Assembly (NCBI GenBank): GCA_038884455.1
Contig: JAWABU010000004.1
Span: forward strand, 906 to 64,905
DNA: 64,000 nt
From: Thermoplasmatota archaeon
GTDB lineage: Archaea > Thermoplasmatota > E2 > DHVEG-1
Direction of reading: 5' to 3'
A program made the position numbers and the translations under genes. Numbering within the stretch: position 1 is the stretch's first letter; every line of letters begins with the position of its first letter. The notes beneath the pieces are model-generated. The model had not been told where the DNA came from, made no database searches, and saw only the letters and a list, made by a program, of their open reading frames with translations. Positions 20,723 to 30,014 of this stretch are shown here, piece by piece.

Positions 20723-20989
20723 GTGATGAGAGAGTTAACGAAAGCACGGTTGACAGTTGGTTTGTTAGCTTTTTTTGCGTCAGTCTGGATTGTCATCCGG
20801 AAGATCTTTATCTCTTTTGATCAGCTGTTTATAACATTTGGTTTTATTGTTTTGCTGTTGTTTGTTATTCTGATCCTGTCGGTTGTTATCCTTGGGATTT
20901 TAGAATGGGTGCATATTTTTGATTTGAGAACCAACTCGATTCTGACGTTGATTGTTGTGATTGTTATCAGCGTTTCAACTGTGTTATAA
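20723..20989 (+). CDS. small membrane protein (2 TM)
   Basis: Two hydrophobic helices. No family recognised. Confidence 0.4.
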   Translation: MMRELTKARLTVGLLAFFASVWIVIRKIFISFDQLFITFGFIVLLLFVILILSVVILGILEWVHIFDLRTNSILTLIVVIVISVSTVL

Positions 20990-21032
20990 CGGTGATATCA
21001 AAGTGTATTCTTTTTCCTTATGGGTTTTTGTT

Positions 21033-21941
21033 TTATCTGTTGAGTTCTCGCATGATATGAACTGAGCCGGTTACGATTCCTTGATCATTGATAATAGGTG
21101 ATGCTGATATTTGGAGTTTTTTACCGAGATGCTCATCAAAGAATTCCACGGTGATTGGTTTTTTGAGTTGTTGTACTTGTTGGCAAGGACAAGGTTGATG
21201 AACGTGGTTTGTTCCATGGAGAAGTGTATAGCATTTTTTTCCAATGCATTGGTCTGGTGAGAGGTTGAAAAAATCGGCAAATGATTTGTTTGCGCGGATG
21301 ATGGTGTTTTCGGCGTCATGGATTGAGATCATTTCGTTGACTGAGTTAAAAGTTGTTTCCCATTCATGGATGACTTGTCTCAGTTTTTTTTCAGTGTTTT
21401 TTCGTTCGGTGATGTCTTCAATGATCAGTGTTACTCCAGGTTCTCCATCGTCGAAGGTTGTTGGGATGTATTTCATGTTGAGATAGAATTTTTGTTGATT
21501 GGTTGCAAATTCGATTTCTGTAGTTGTATCAGAGCCGTCGAGTGCTTTTTGGACGTTGGTGGTGAAGTCAGTAATTTGAAAGAGTGGTATGAGAAGTGTA
21601 TCGATGGTTTTCCCGATGATGTCGTTTCGTGATGTTTTGAGAAATTCGAGGAGGTTTTCATTGATTTGGATGATTCTGTGGTCTTTGTCAATGAGCAGGA
21701 CGTAGTCGAGGGTGAAATTGAGTACTGCTGAAAGTGGTACTCGTCTGCTCGGGAAAAATACTTTTGCTGGGCCGAACGTGACCATTTCTGCATGGCCTGA
21801 GATAAGGAGGATGTCGAGGTATTTGGCAACTGAGTTGCGGTTAATGTTGATTTCTCGAGCGATGTCGGTAACGGTCATTCCTCGAGGATTGCTTTTGAGA
21901 ATGGTCCGTATTTGGGTGAGCTCTTTTTGGTAACTTTCCAC
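21033..21941 (-). CDS. HTH plus PAS-domain transcriptional regulator
   Basis: N-terminal HTH (GMTVTDIAREININRNSVAKYLDIL) followed by PAS-like repeats. Confidence 0.65.
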   Translation of the reverse strand: MESYQKELTQIRTILKSNPRGMTVTDIAREININRNSVAKYLDILLISGHAEMVTFGPAKVFFPSRRVPLSAVLNFTLDYVLLIDKDHRIIQINENLLEFLKTSRNDIIGKTIDTLLIPLFQITDFTTNVQKALDGSDTTTEIEFATNQQKFYLNMKYIPTTFDDGEPGVTLIIEDITERKNTEKKLRQVIHEWETTFNSVNEMISIHDAENTIIRANKSFADFFNLSPDQCIGKKCYTLLHGTNHVHQPCPCQQVQQLKKPITVEFFDEHLGKKLQISASPIINDQGIVTGSVHIMRELNR

Positions 21942-21960
21942 AGAGGCACATGGGTTGTAC

Positions 21961-22056
21961 GATATTTATGCATTTCGCTTTTGCCATGCAATTAAAGAAA
22001 AGTTTATATACTATATTATGCATTATAGTATTGCCTTGCATAATCGCATGGCGAAA
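21961..22056. promoter_or_regulatory. imperfect inverted repeat with reiterated ATGCA(T/A) motifs upstream of the HTH-PAS regulator gene
   Basis: TATGCATTTCGC...GCCATGCAAT // ATTGCCTTGCATAATCGCATGGCGAAATG, read directly from the sequence. Confidence 0.35.
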
Positions 22057-22410
22057 TGGTGAAGGGAAAAGATATGAAGAATCGTAACTCAGAACAACGA
22101 GTTTCGTCATCTTCGCGTACACAACACATCTCATCTACACATAACCCACAATATCATCTTCAACAAACGGGGGAGGTTGCCCACCATCATCCATCGCATC
22201 CTACAGAAGTTTCACACTTCTGTCTTCTCCCACACCGCTTCATCCTCCTCCATTCTCGGTATCAAAATGGACTGCCACCATCGTTTCCATTCCTCCTCAT
22301 CGGAACAGTAGGTACCTCTCGAAGATTATTTTCACGCATCCCATCTCCTTTTTTTTTAACCATCTCTTAAGAGAGGTACCCATCCCATCCTTCTTTCAAC
22401 AAATGCATCT

Positions 22411-23448
22411 TCACCAAAAATGACAGTACTCCATGATCTGAGTCTCATTTACCGATTCTTGTTGATCGGCAATTGAAATCGTACCAGTAACCAACATATG
22501 AAACCGCCAATACCGAAGCATTCCAAGCATATGAAAATCAATTGATTGCACAGAAAAACGAACAGCAACATCGATATCATCCTCATGAATTTCAAACATA
22601 GATTCAAGAGGAATCAATTTTCCATGATGATACTGATACTGAATGTGAGTAAGCTTGATATTTTCACGGTGAATGCTGGTGTAATTCAGAGTATCGCGAT
22701 TAATCATAACAAGGAAAAAATCTTCGCACCATCTGTTTTTCATATTTTGTGAAAAAATAATTGAAAAATGTGTCGATGAGAATTTTCCCCAAAACCAACT
22801 CTTATGAAAACGACGAACGTCAAACCCACGTTCTTGGTACCCTACTCCTTTAACCATGAAAATTGTATCATCCCATTGAAGTGTCCCAACAACCACAGCT
22901 CGTGGTACAGGACACCCCCAAATACCATGACCGGTGTATCCTTTCCAGCCCTGTATTTGACTAATAAATATGAGATTTGCAGATACTGTTTTAATTGACA
23001 GGTTGAGAGATACACAGAGATGGTTCTCAGCATCATAAAAGGTGCTGAGCAGTTCTTTTCCCTGCAGTTGTAATCGAGGTTCTGCTGGTGAAAACTGCAT
23101 CATCCTGAGAGGAATAACACGATGCAATCGTGCTACAATCGTAGCATGATCATACAAACTAATTCTAAGGAGGAAAAATCCTGTTTTTCCTTGGGTTCCT
23201 ATAGAAAGGATTCCGACATGGATGCTGTAGTTGTTAGTGAACAACGCATCAAAGTACCACCATTGCAGTGACCAGTACGACGTAATGTTATATGCATTAT
23301 CGAGAAGTGTGATATCTGTTGGTTCGTACCATCTCGGATCGTTGCTTTTCACTGCCGGTATTTGAAAAAGGGCTACCCCTACAGTGAGAATCATGCATAT
23401 AGAACATATAGTTTTCTTCATGGGTTTTATTAATATATAAAACATCAA
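22411..23448 (-). CDS. hypothetical secreted/lipo-protein
   Basis: N-terminal signal-like segment. No confident family assignment. Confidence 0.5.
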   Translation of the reverse strand: MMFYILIKPMKKTICSICMILTVGVALFQIPAVKSNDPRWYEPTDITLLDNAYNITSYWSLQWWYFDALFTNNYSIHVGILSIGTQGKTGFFLLRISLYDHATIVARLHRVIPLRMMQFSPAEPRLQLQGKELLSTFYDAENHLCVSLNLSIKTVSANLIFISQIQGWKGYTGHGIWGCPVPRAVVVGTLQWDDTIFMVKGVGYQERGFDVRRFHKSWFWGKFSSTHFSIIFSQNMKNRWCEDFFLVMINRDTLNYTSIHRENIKLTHIQYQYHHGKLIPLESMFEIHEDDIDVAVRFSVQSIDFHMLGMLRYWRFHMLVTGTISIADQQESVNETQIMEYCHFW

Positions 23449-23538
23449 TATTTATATAACTTTAGTAATAAGCGAATCCAAAACCTTTATAGAGATACAT
23501 TTATAAAATTAGACTGCTTATTATATATCCATGAAACC

Positions 23539-24864
23539 ATGAAACATATTCAAAAAACACAGATAACATCAAGTATTATTGTCTTCTGCTTTTTCGTTTC
23601 AGTACTACCTGCTGTTTCCTCTTCTTTTATCGGCGCACCACAATCACCGGGTGTTTCTCAGGATTCTACTCATCTCTCAACGGATTTATATAACCCAAAA
23701 GTTGCTGCAGCACTCAGTCAAATCACTGAGGGTCGTCTTCGTGAGATTCTTACAGTGCTTGTTGGTTTTTCTCCACGGTTTACAGGAACCTATGGATGCG
23801 AACAAGCAGCAAACTATATCTATGATTTTTTTCAGAGTAACCATCTTCAAACGCGGTACCACAACTGGAGCTCATGGGGGAACGAGTATCATCGACGGTT
23901 TTTTTCCAGCAGAAACATCGAAGCAACCATCCCTGGAACAGACAAGAAGAATACTGTTCTTTTGTTCAGTGCACACTATGATGGTGTGAAAAGTGCTCCT
24001 GCAGCTAATGATGATGGCAGCGGTACGGCGGCAGTTCTTCTTTCAGCTGCAGTTTTGAATCAATTTAGTTTTAACCATACTTTGAAGTTTGTAGCTTTTT
24101 CTGGTGAAGAAATTGGTTTGCTAGGTAGTCACGCTTATGCAAAAGAATCCTATGAAAATCATGAGAACATTTTGTTGAATATCAATGCAGATATGATTGG
24201 TCATGCCGAAACCAGTGAAGGCGGGAGCAGAATGGGTATTTCTTCATCAGAAGATCTAGCTTGGCTTTTTGATATTGCTGATAGTCTTTGTAGTATCTAT
24301 GATATTGATTTGACGATAAGTCGTGGTAGTATCAATCGTGATGGTCGCGGCTGGAGCGATTATTTTTCTTTTATTGAATACGGCTATGAGGCATTTGCCT
24401 GTTGGGGCGGAGAACATGATCCAAATATGCATACTTCAAAGGATGACCTAAACAATGTAAATTTTTCCTATCTTGTAAAAACCACTCGTTTGATTACAGC
24501 ACTGCTTGGAACACTGGCTGATTACGAGGATTTTTACCCCCAAGTGACAATTGCATCACCTCGAATTGGAAAGCTCTACATTGAAGGAAGAGAAAAACGT
24601 AGCATCGGTGATCTCAAAACTATAGTTCTTAATGATATCTGGATTTGGGCTGATGTTCGCTATGCTTCAGTGCCGATTCTCCGCGCTGAGTTTTATCTCG
24701 ATGATCGTCTCATGTATACTGATACGCAGGTCCCGTTCTCTTGGCAGTTCAATAAATTTTCAGTGGGGACCCACCGAGTGACGATACTTGTGTATGATGA
24801 ACTGGGGAGAAAATCTTCTGAGTATCGAGATATTCGTTTCATTAATCTTTTACTTAAAAAATAG
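23539..24864 (+). CDS. secreted M28 family peptidase with C-terminal Ig-like module
   Basis: Signal peptide. M28 motifs HYDGV...ANDDGSGTAA...FSGEEIG. C-terminal ~100 aa homologous to the C-termini of 18680..19969 and 8086..10359. Confidence 0.8.
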   Translation: MKHIQKTQITSSIIVFCFFVSVLPAVSSSFIGAPQSPGVSQDSTHLSTDLYNPKVAAALSQITEGRLREILTVLVGFSPRFTGTYGCEQAANYIYDFFQSNHLQTRYHNWSSWGNEYHRRFFSSRNIEATIPGTDKKNTVLLFSAHYDGVKSAPAANDDGSGTAAVLLSAAVLNQFSFNHTLKFVAFSGEEIGLLGSHAYAKESYENHENILLNINADMIGHAETSEGGSRMGISSSEDLAWLFDIADSLCSIYDIDLTISRGSINRDGRGWSDYFSFIEYGYEAFACWGGEHDPNMHTSKDDLNNVNFSYLVKTTRLITALLGTLADYEDFYPQVTIASPRIGKLYIEGREKRSIGDLKTIVLNDIWIWADVRYASVPILRAEFYLDDRLMYTDTQVPFSWQFNKFSVGTHRVTILVYDELGRKSSEYRDIRFINLLLKK

Positions 24865-24952
24865 GTTTTTCTGGGAGGAATATTTAAAAACCGGTTTGAT
24901 TTCTCCATTTGTACACTGCATCCTATTTTTGATGAAGGGAGAAAAGAAGAGT

Positions 24953-25966
24953 ATGAACAAGAGCAGGAAGATACTATCATATATGGAGGTATTCGTCATT
25001 TTGTTTTCAATGGGTTCCATGGTTCTCATTTCGTTTGATAGCCATGCACTACAGATTGGACCCGAAATAACAATTACCACTGATCAGCTAGAATATTATC
25101 CTGGTGAGCAGGTTTCCATTTCTGGTCGTATACTCAATGATGGTCAAGGAGTCCCCTCATCTCCTCTCTGTGTACACGTGAACGATTCTGAAGAAAACAT
25201 GATTTTTGGTACCTGCGGACTGTCAAATAATTATGGAAATTATACATTTACTTTTTCATTAGACGAATATGCACTGCTTGGTACCTATCATGCAGAAGCA
25301 CACTCATATCAGTTTGATATTAAAACGACAACTTCCTTTGAGGTCGTATCAACTGTAGTGATAGTTGAGATATCAGGACCTTGTAACGGTGTCACAGGTG
25401 TTCCTGTATCGTTCTTCGGCTCGGCAACTGGTGGCAAAAAACCGTATAGCTGGCTGTGGAATTTTGGAGATCAGCAGATCTCCGCTGAACAAAACCCACA
25501 TCATATCTATTCAACTCCTGGAAATTACACGGTTGTTCTCACAGTTACCGATACAGATGGTCATACCGGTACCGATCTGCTACTAATCACAATTCTACCT
25601 GGTGAAAATCAGACACCAAATCAGCCTATGATCTCGGGTCCGTCATCCGGAAAAATAAAAACTGAATATACCTACAATCTTTCAGCAGTTGATCCCGACG
25701 GAGATCAAGTGTATTTTTGGATTGAATGGTGTGAAAATTGTGTTGAGCCACAGTGGATTGGGCCATATGATTCTGGCGAAATCGTACCGGTACAGCACGC
25801 CTGGGAAAAGAAAGGAATGTATACCATCAGGTTGAAGGCAAAAGATACCATGGGTGCTGAGAGTGCATGGACAACGTTTGAAGTGAGCATGCCGAAGGAA
25901 AACCGTATCTTCCGCAGTATGTTTTTCTGGTTCTTGAAAAGTCGTTTTCCTCGTTTTTTTGGGTGA
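24953..25966 (+). CDS. secreted PKD-domain protein
   Basis: Signal peptide. PKD motif WLWNFGDQQISAEQNPHHIYSTPGNYTVVLTVTDTDGHTG. Start set at the internal Met after the M28 stop. Confidence 0.7.
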   Translation: MNKSRKILSYMEVFVILFSMGSMVLISFDSHALQIGPEITITTDQLEYYPGEQVSISGRILNDGQGVPSSPLCVHVNDSEENMIFGTCGLSNNYGNYTFTFSLDEYALLGTYHAEAHSYQFDIKTTTSFEVVSTVVIVEISGPCNGVTGVPVSFFGSATGGKKPYSWLWNFGDQQISAEQNPHHIYSTPGNYTVVLTVTDTDGHTGTDLLLITILPGENQTPNQPMISGPSSGKIKTEYTYNLSAVDPDGDQVYFWIEWCENCVEPQWIGPYDSGEIVPVQHAWEKKGMYTIRLKAKDTMGAESAWTTFEVSMPKENRIFRSMFFWFLKSRFPRFFG

Positions 25967-26063
25967 TTATACACTTTGTTGGTCGTATGACATGCCTTTC
26001 AATGTGCGATTTGTAGACATCCTATTCTTTTTTATTCTTTAAACCTATCTCTGTGTTGGTAGT

Positions 26064-28058
26064 ATGCAACGTGGGCTCTCAGCATTTGACCTCATGGTCG
26101 TCGTTCATGATCTTCAAAATAGTATTGGTAGCTATATTGAAAATATCTATCAGATAAGCCGTGATGAGATTCTGATCAAGATCACAAATAAAAATACGCA
26201 TGAAAAAGAAATCATTTTCATTAGAAATGAAGAACTTATCTGCATCACACAACAGAAATTCAACGTTCCTGAAAAACCATCAGTATTTGCGATGACGCTT
26301 CGGAAATATCTACAAAATGGGCGCATCACCAACATAACGCAACATATGTTTGATCGGATCATTTTTATTTCCATTGGTCGTGCTGATGGGGAATACACCT
26401 TAGTTGTTGAGTTAATCCCTAAGGGGAACATTATTCTGCTCAATTCAGAGTCAGTTATTCTTGCCTCGTTGATTCGTCAGCAATGGGCCCATCGAACCAT
26501 AAAAATACATGAAAAATATGTACTGCCGCCCTCGCAGATAAACCCTTTCGAACTATCGTATCAAGTATTTGCAGATCTTCTTAAAAGAAGTACGAAGGAT
26601 CTTGTTCGTTTTTTTGCTGTGAATCTGAATTTCGGTGGAGCCTATGCTGAGGAGTTATTATCGCGTATCGGTATGGATAAAACCATAAAACCTCACAATC
26701 TTTCTGAAGTAGATATTCAAAAACTTTTTGACGCCATGCAACAATTTTTAGACATCTTCCGCCAGAAACAATTTGAACCATATCAAGTTCGGAGAGATTC
26801 TGCGATTGTCGATGTGATCCCAATATTGTTTAAAAGCTACGCTGCTGAAAATTTAGAACTCTGTGGATGTTTCATTTCAGGCCTTGAAGCGCTGATTAGT
26901 CAAAGAAAACAAACTAAAAAAACAATAGCGACTTCTCTAGTAAAAAGAGAGGCGCTCCATCGGCAATTGCGACAACAGCAAGAATCAATTCAAGAATTTC
27001 AAAAAAGGATGCTAGAAAAACAAAAAGAAGGAGAGCTAATCTATCATTATCAGCAAGCTCTTGATCAAATTCTTACTACAGCGGTTGATGTTCTTAAACA
27101 AAAAGATAAAACCGAAGGTCTTGGACTTCTTAAAAAACATCAGATGGTTTCTGATGTCAATTTTGAGAATCAAACGATAACCGTCCTTCTTCGTGATACT
27201 GATAATACTGAATATCAAGTGATTTTAGATATCTATAAAAGCGTATCTGAGAATGCGCAAAATGCGTATGCTGAACGTAAAAAACTCTCAGAAAAAATTA
27301 AAGGTGCACTTGAAGCTGTTGAACAAACAAAAGCTGAACTAGCCAATCTTGAAAAACACATGCAACAAGAGGAACGAGAACAACATCGAGCGATCAGCAC
27401 AGAGAAAAAATCTGAAAAAACGTATTGGTTTGAACAGTTCCGCTGGTTTATCACTTCTGAAGGCAATGTAGTTGTCGGTGGAAAAGATGCAAAATCTAAT
27501 GAACTTGTGGTTAAAAAATATCTTCGCGATGGTGATCGGTATGTTCATGCCGATGTTCATGGAGCGCCCAGTGTTATTGTAAAAACAAAAAATATCCATG
27601 ATGAACACCTATCAATTTCTGAGAAAAGCCTTGAGGAAGCATGTATATATGCTGCTTCATTCTCAAAAGCATGGAATCAGTTTGCTGAAGCACAAGCATA
27701 CTGGGTGCATCCTGAGCAGGTGAGTAAAACACCGCAGAGTGGTGAATATGTTCCGAAAGGTGGTTTTATTATCCGGGGGAAACGGAATTACCAGCGGTGT
27801 ACGCTTGAACTTGCCGTGGGAAAAATCAATCTCGATGGTATCGAAAAACTCATGTGTGGACCCGAGCGTGCTGTACAAGCATATACTGATCGGTATCTTG
27901 TTGTGGTTCCGGGTGGCATGAAAAAGGCGATTGTGGCAAAAATCATAGCACGGACGTTTGCTGTATCTGTGGAATCAGTTGAGCAGATTCTTCCTCCGGG
28001 TAATATGCAGATCAGTCGCAGCGTTGGTCTGACCGTTGAAGAAGGTGATTACCCGTGA
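26064..28058 (+). CDS. NFACT-family protein (archaeal Rqc2/FbpA homolog)
   Basis: N-terminal NFACT-N-like region, a long coiled coil and a C-terminal NFACT-R-like region (..DRYVHADVHGAPSVIVK..). Confidence 0.7.
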   Translation: MQRGLSAFDLMVVVHDLQNSIGSYIENIYQISRDEILIKITNKNTHEKEIIFIRNEELICITQQKFNVPEKPSVFAMTLRKYLQNGRITNITQHMFDRIIFISIGRADGEYTLVVELIPKGNIILLNSESVILASLIRQQWAHRTIKIHEKYVLPPSQINPFELSYQVFADLLKRSTKDLVRFFAVNLNFGGAYAEELLSRIGMDKTIKPHNLSEVDIQKLFDAMQQFLDIFRQKQFEPYQVRRDSAIVDVIPILFKSYAAENLELCGCFISGLEALISQRKQTKKTIATSLVKREALHRQLRQQQESIQEFQKRMLEKQKEGELIYHYQQALDQILTTAVDVLKQKDKTEGLGLLKKHQMVSDVNFENQTITVLLRDTDNTEYQVILDIYKSVSENAQNAYAERKKLSEKIKGALEAVEQTKAELANLEKHMQQEEREQHRAISTEKKSEKTYWFEQFRWFITSEGNVVVGGKDAKSNELVVKKYLRDGDRYVHADVHGAPSVIVKTKNIHDEHLSISEKSLEEACIYAASFSKAWNQFAEAQAYWVHPEQVSKTPQSGEYVPKGGFIIRGKRNYQRCTLELAVGKINLDGIEKLMCGPERAVQAYTDRYLVVVPGGMKKAIVAKIIARTFAVSVESVEQILPPGNMQISRSVGLTVEEGDYP

Positions 28059-29098
28059 AAATCGTTTTTCAGGATCATAAAACCGGTGAACTGAAAATAA
28101 TCGCTGAAAATCTTGATGATCTCTGGCATTTGTATCATATCATTGAGGAAGGAGATTTGGTTCGTGGAGTCACATTTCGTACTGATGAACAGCCGGGTGA
28201 TAAACTTCGATCGAAAAAACCTGAGAAAAAAAGAATGAAGCTCGGCATCCGGGTTGAAAAGGTTCAGTTCCATGAGTTTTCTGATCGGCTTCGAATCCAA
28301 GGAGTTATTGAGGAAGGACCGCAGGATATAGGTTCGTATCACACGTTCAATATTGATGCCGAGAGTATGGAAGCGTTTTCGATTGTGAAGGATCAATGGA
28401 AGGAGCATCAGCTGGAACGCATTAATGAGGCGGTGAAGCAGCGCATGCAGCCAGTTCTTGTTTTTGTAAGTCTTGATGAAGATACTGCAACCGTTGCGAT
28501 TCTTCGGCAGAGTGGCGTGCAGTGGATTGCTGATGTTGATTCGAAACGATCTGGGAAGATGTATGAAAGTAAGGAAACAAGCTATGAGTATTTTGGTGAC
28601 ATTGTTGGTATTCTGAAAACCTATGTGACTAAAGAAACACCTCTCGTGGTGATTGGTCCTGGTTTTACTCGCGAACATTTTATAGCATTTGGTAAATCCA
28701 AGTATGCTGAGTTGTTTTCAAATGTTCAGACACATGCAACAAGTCATCCTGGAATGAATGGTATTCATGAGGCGTTAAAACTTGGTGTAGTTGAGCAGAT
28801 CACTAAGGATAATCGGGTGTCACTTGAGACACGTCTGGTTGAGAAACTTTTTGAGGAGATTAAAAAAGATGGATGTGTAACATATGGTGCTGCGGAGGTT
28901 GAGGATGCCTTGCATCGAGGTGCAGTTGAGCGATTGTTAATTTCCGATGTTTTTGTTCGCAGTAAGAAAGGAGAACAACTGTTAGAGCTTGCTCGGCAGA
29001 CCCGGAGTGATTTCACCATTATCAATTCATTACATGAAGCTGGGAGAAAATTTGAACATCTCGGTGGTGTTGCAGCGTTACTAAGGTTTAAAATTTAA
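28055..29098 (+). CDS. pelA: Pelota/Dom34 ribosome rescue factor
   Basis: Typical Pelota N-terminus (KIVFQDHKTGELKIIAENLDDLWHLYHII) and an eRF1-like C-terminal domain. GTG start overlaps the upstream TGA stop (GTGA). Confidence 0.85.
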   Translation: MKIVFQDHKTGELKIIAENLDDLWHLYHIIEEGDLVRGVTFRTDEQPGDKLRSKKPEKKRMKLGIRVEKVQFHEFSDRLRIQGVIEEGPQDIGSYHTFNIDAESMEAFSIVKDQWKEHQLERINEAVKQRMQPVLVFVSLDEDTATVAILRQSGVQWIADVDSKRSGKMYESKETSYEYFGDIVGILKTYVTKETPLVVIGPGFTREHFIAFGKSKYAELFSNVQTHATSHPGMNGIHEALKLGVVEQITKDNRVSLETRLVEKLFEEIKKDGCVTYGAAEVEDALHRGAVERLLISDVFVRSKKGEQLLELARQTRSDFTIINSLHEAGRKFEHLGGVAALLRFKI

Positions 29099-29116
29099 AT
29101 AAAAAAGATTTCGTTT

Positions 29117-29857
29117 TTAGATGTATCTGCTGCAGCCTGTTTTGAGAATCATCGAAAGATACGGAGGTTCCCAAGTATCATCCGTGTTGTAGGTATTTTG
29201 ATGTGTGTTTTTTGTTTCTTCTTTCGTTTCGCTGATCAATGCGTTAAAGTAGGTGTAGGTTATTTTTACGTCGAAATCGTTTCCTTTATCTCTGAGGTAT
29301 TTGAAGAATCTGAAGATTTTTTCACCGGTTTGTACTTTGACGTTAATAGTGAATGTTTCATCAGCGGTTTTATAGTAGTCTGCTTTGATGGCATCTTCTG
29401 CATCTGAGAGCGTTGATGCTTGTATAGTTGTAATCGTTGGAAGTGTGTTCATTCGGAACGTCAGAGTCATGGTACCGTTACCGGTTTGTTTTTCGGTTTT
29501 GGTTTGACCTTTTCCGGTTACATCAACCGTGAGGGTATCTAATCCTTTTTTCCTGAGGAGTCCATAGGTGTGATCATCAGTCCAGGAAAGCTCAATTGTT
29601 ACTTCGAGGAGGTTGTCTTGGGTAAGTGTAATTTCTTTGGAGTATGGTTTGTTTTTGCTCGTATAGAGCTCGTCGTTGAGCTGGTATGTCCCTGAAGAAG
29701 TCTGCCAGGCGACCTGGTATGTGGTTTCACCAGGTGGTGTATGTTCATTGTTTGTTTTCTCTGGTGGGACGTACACAGCGATACCGACACCGGCAATAAC
29801 AAGAACCAATACGCCGATAATAATAACTATTTTATCGTTTTTCTTTAAACTGACCAT
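29117..29857 (-). CDS. membrane-anchored hypothetical protein
   Basis: N-terminal TM segment (IVIIIGVLVLVIAGVGIAVYV) followed by a Thr-rich extracellular region. Confidence 0.5.
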   Translation of the reverse strand: MVSLKKNDKIVIIIGVLVLVIAGVGIAVYVPPEKTNNEHTPPGETTYQVAWQTSSGTYQLNDELYTSKNKPYSKEITLTQDNLLEVTIELSWTDDHTYGLLRKKGLDTLTVDVTGKGQTKTEKQTGNGTMTLTFRMNTLPTITTIQASTLSDAEDAIKADYYKTADETFTINVKVQTGEKIFRFFKYLRDKGNDFDVKITYTYFNALISETKEETKNTHQNTYNTDDTWEPPYLSMILKTGCSRYI

Positions 29858-30014
29858 AGTGATGTCACCTTACACGTTTGTTCAGAATGCAAGATATTTA
29901 TATATTTCTGCAGTATATTAGTATGCTTCCTGGTTTATTAAATTTTTCCATTATTTATATATTTTTATCTTTTTAATAATTATCCTGAGGGAGATGTTCC
30001 CACGGCTCTTGGTT

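Noticed and set aside
22056-22370. 104-aa ORF rich in Ser/His/Pro
   Set aside because: Low-complexity composition, no RBS or promoter context, and it sits in the presumed promoter region of neighbouring genes. Likely non-coding.
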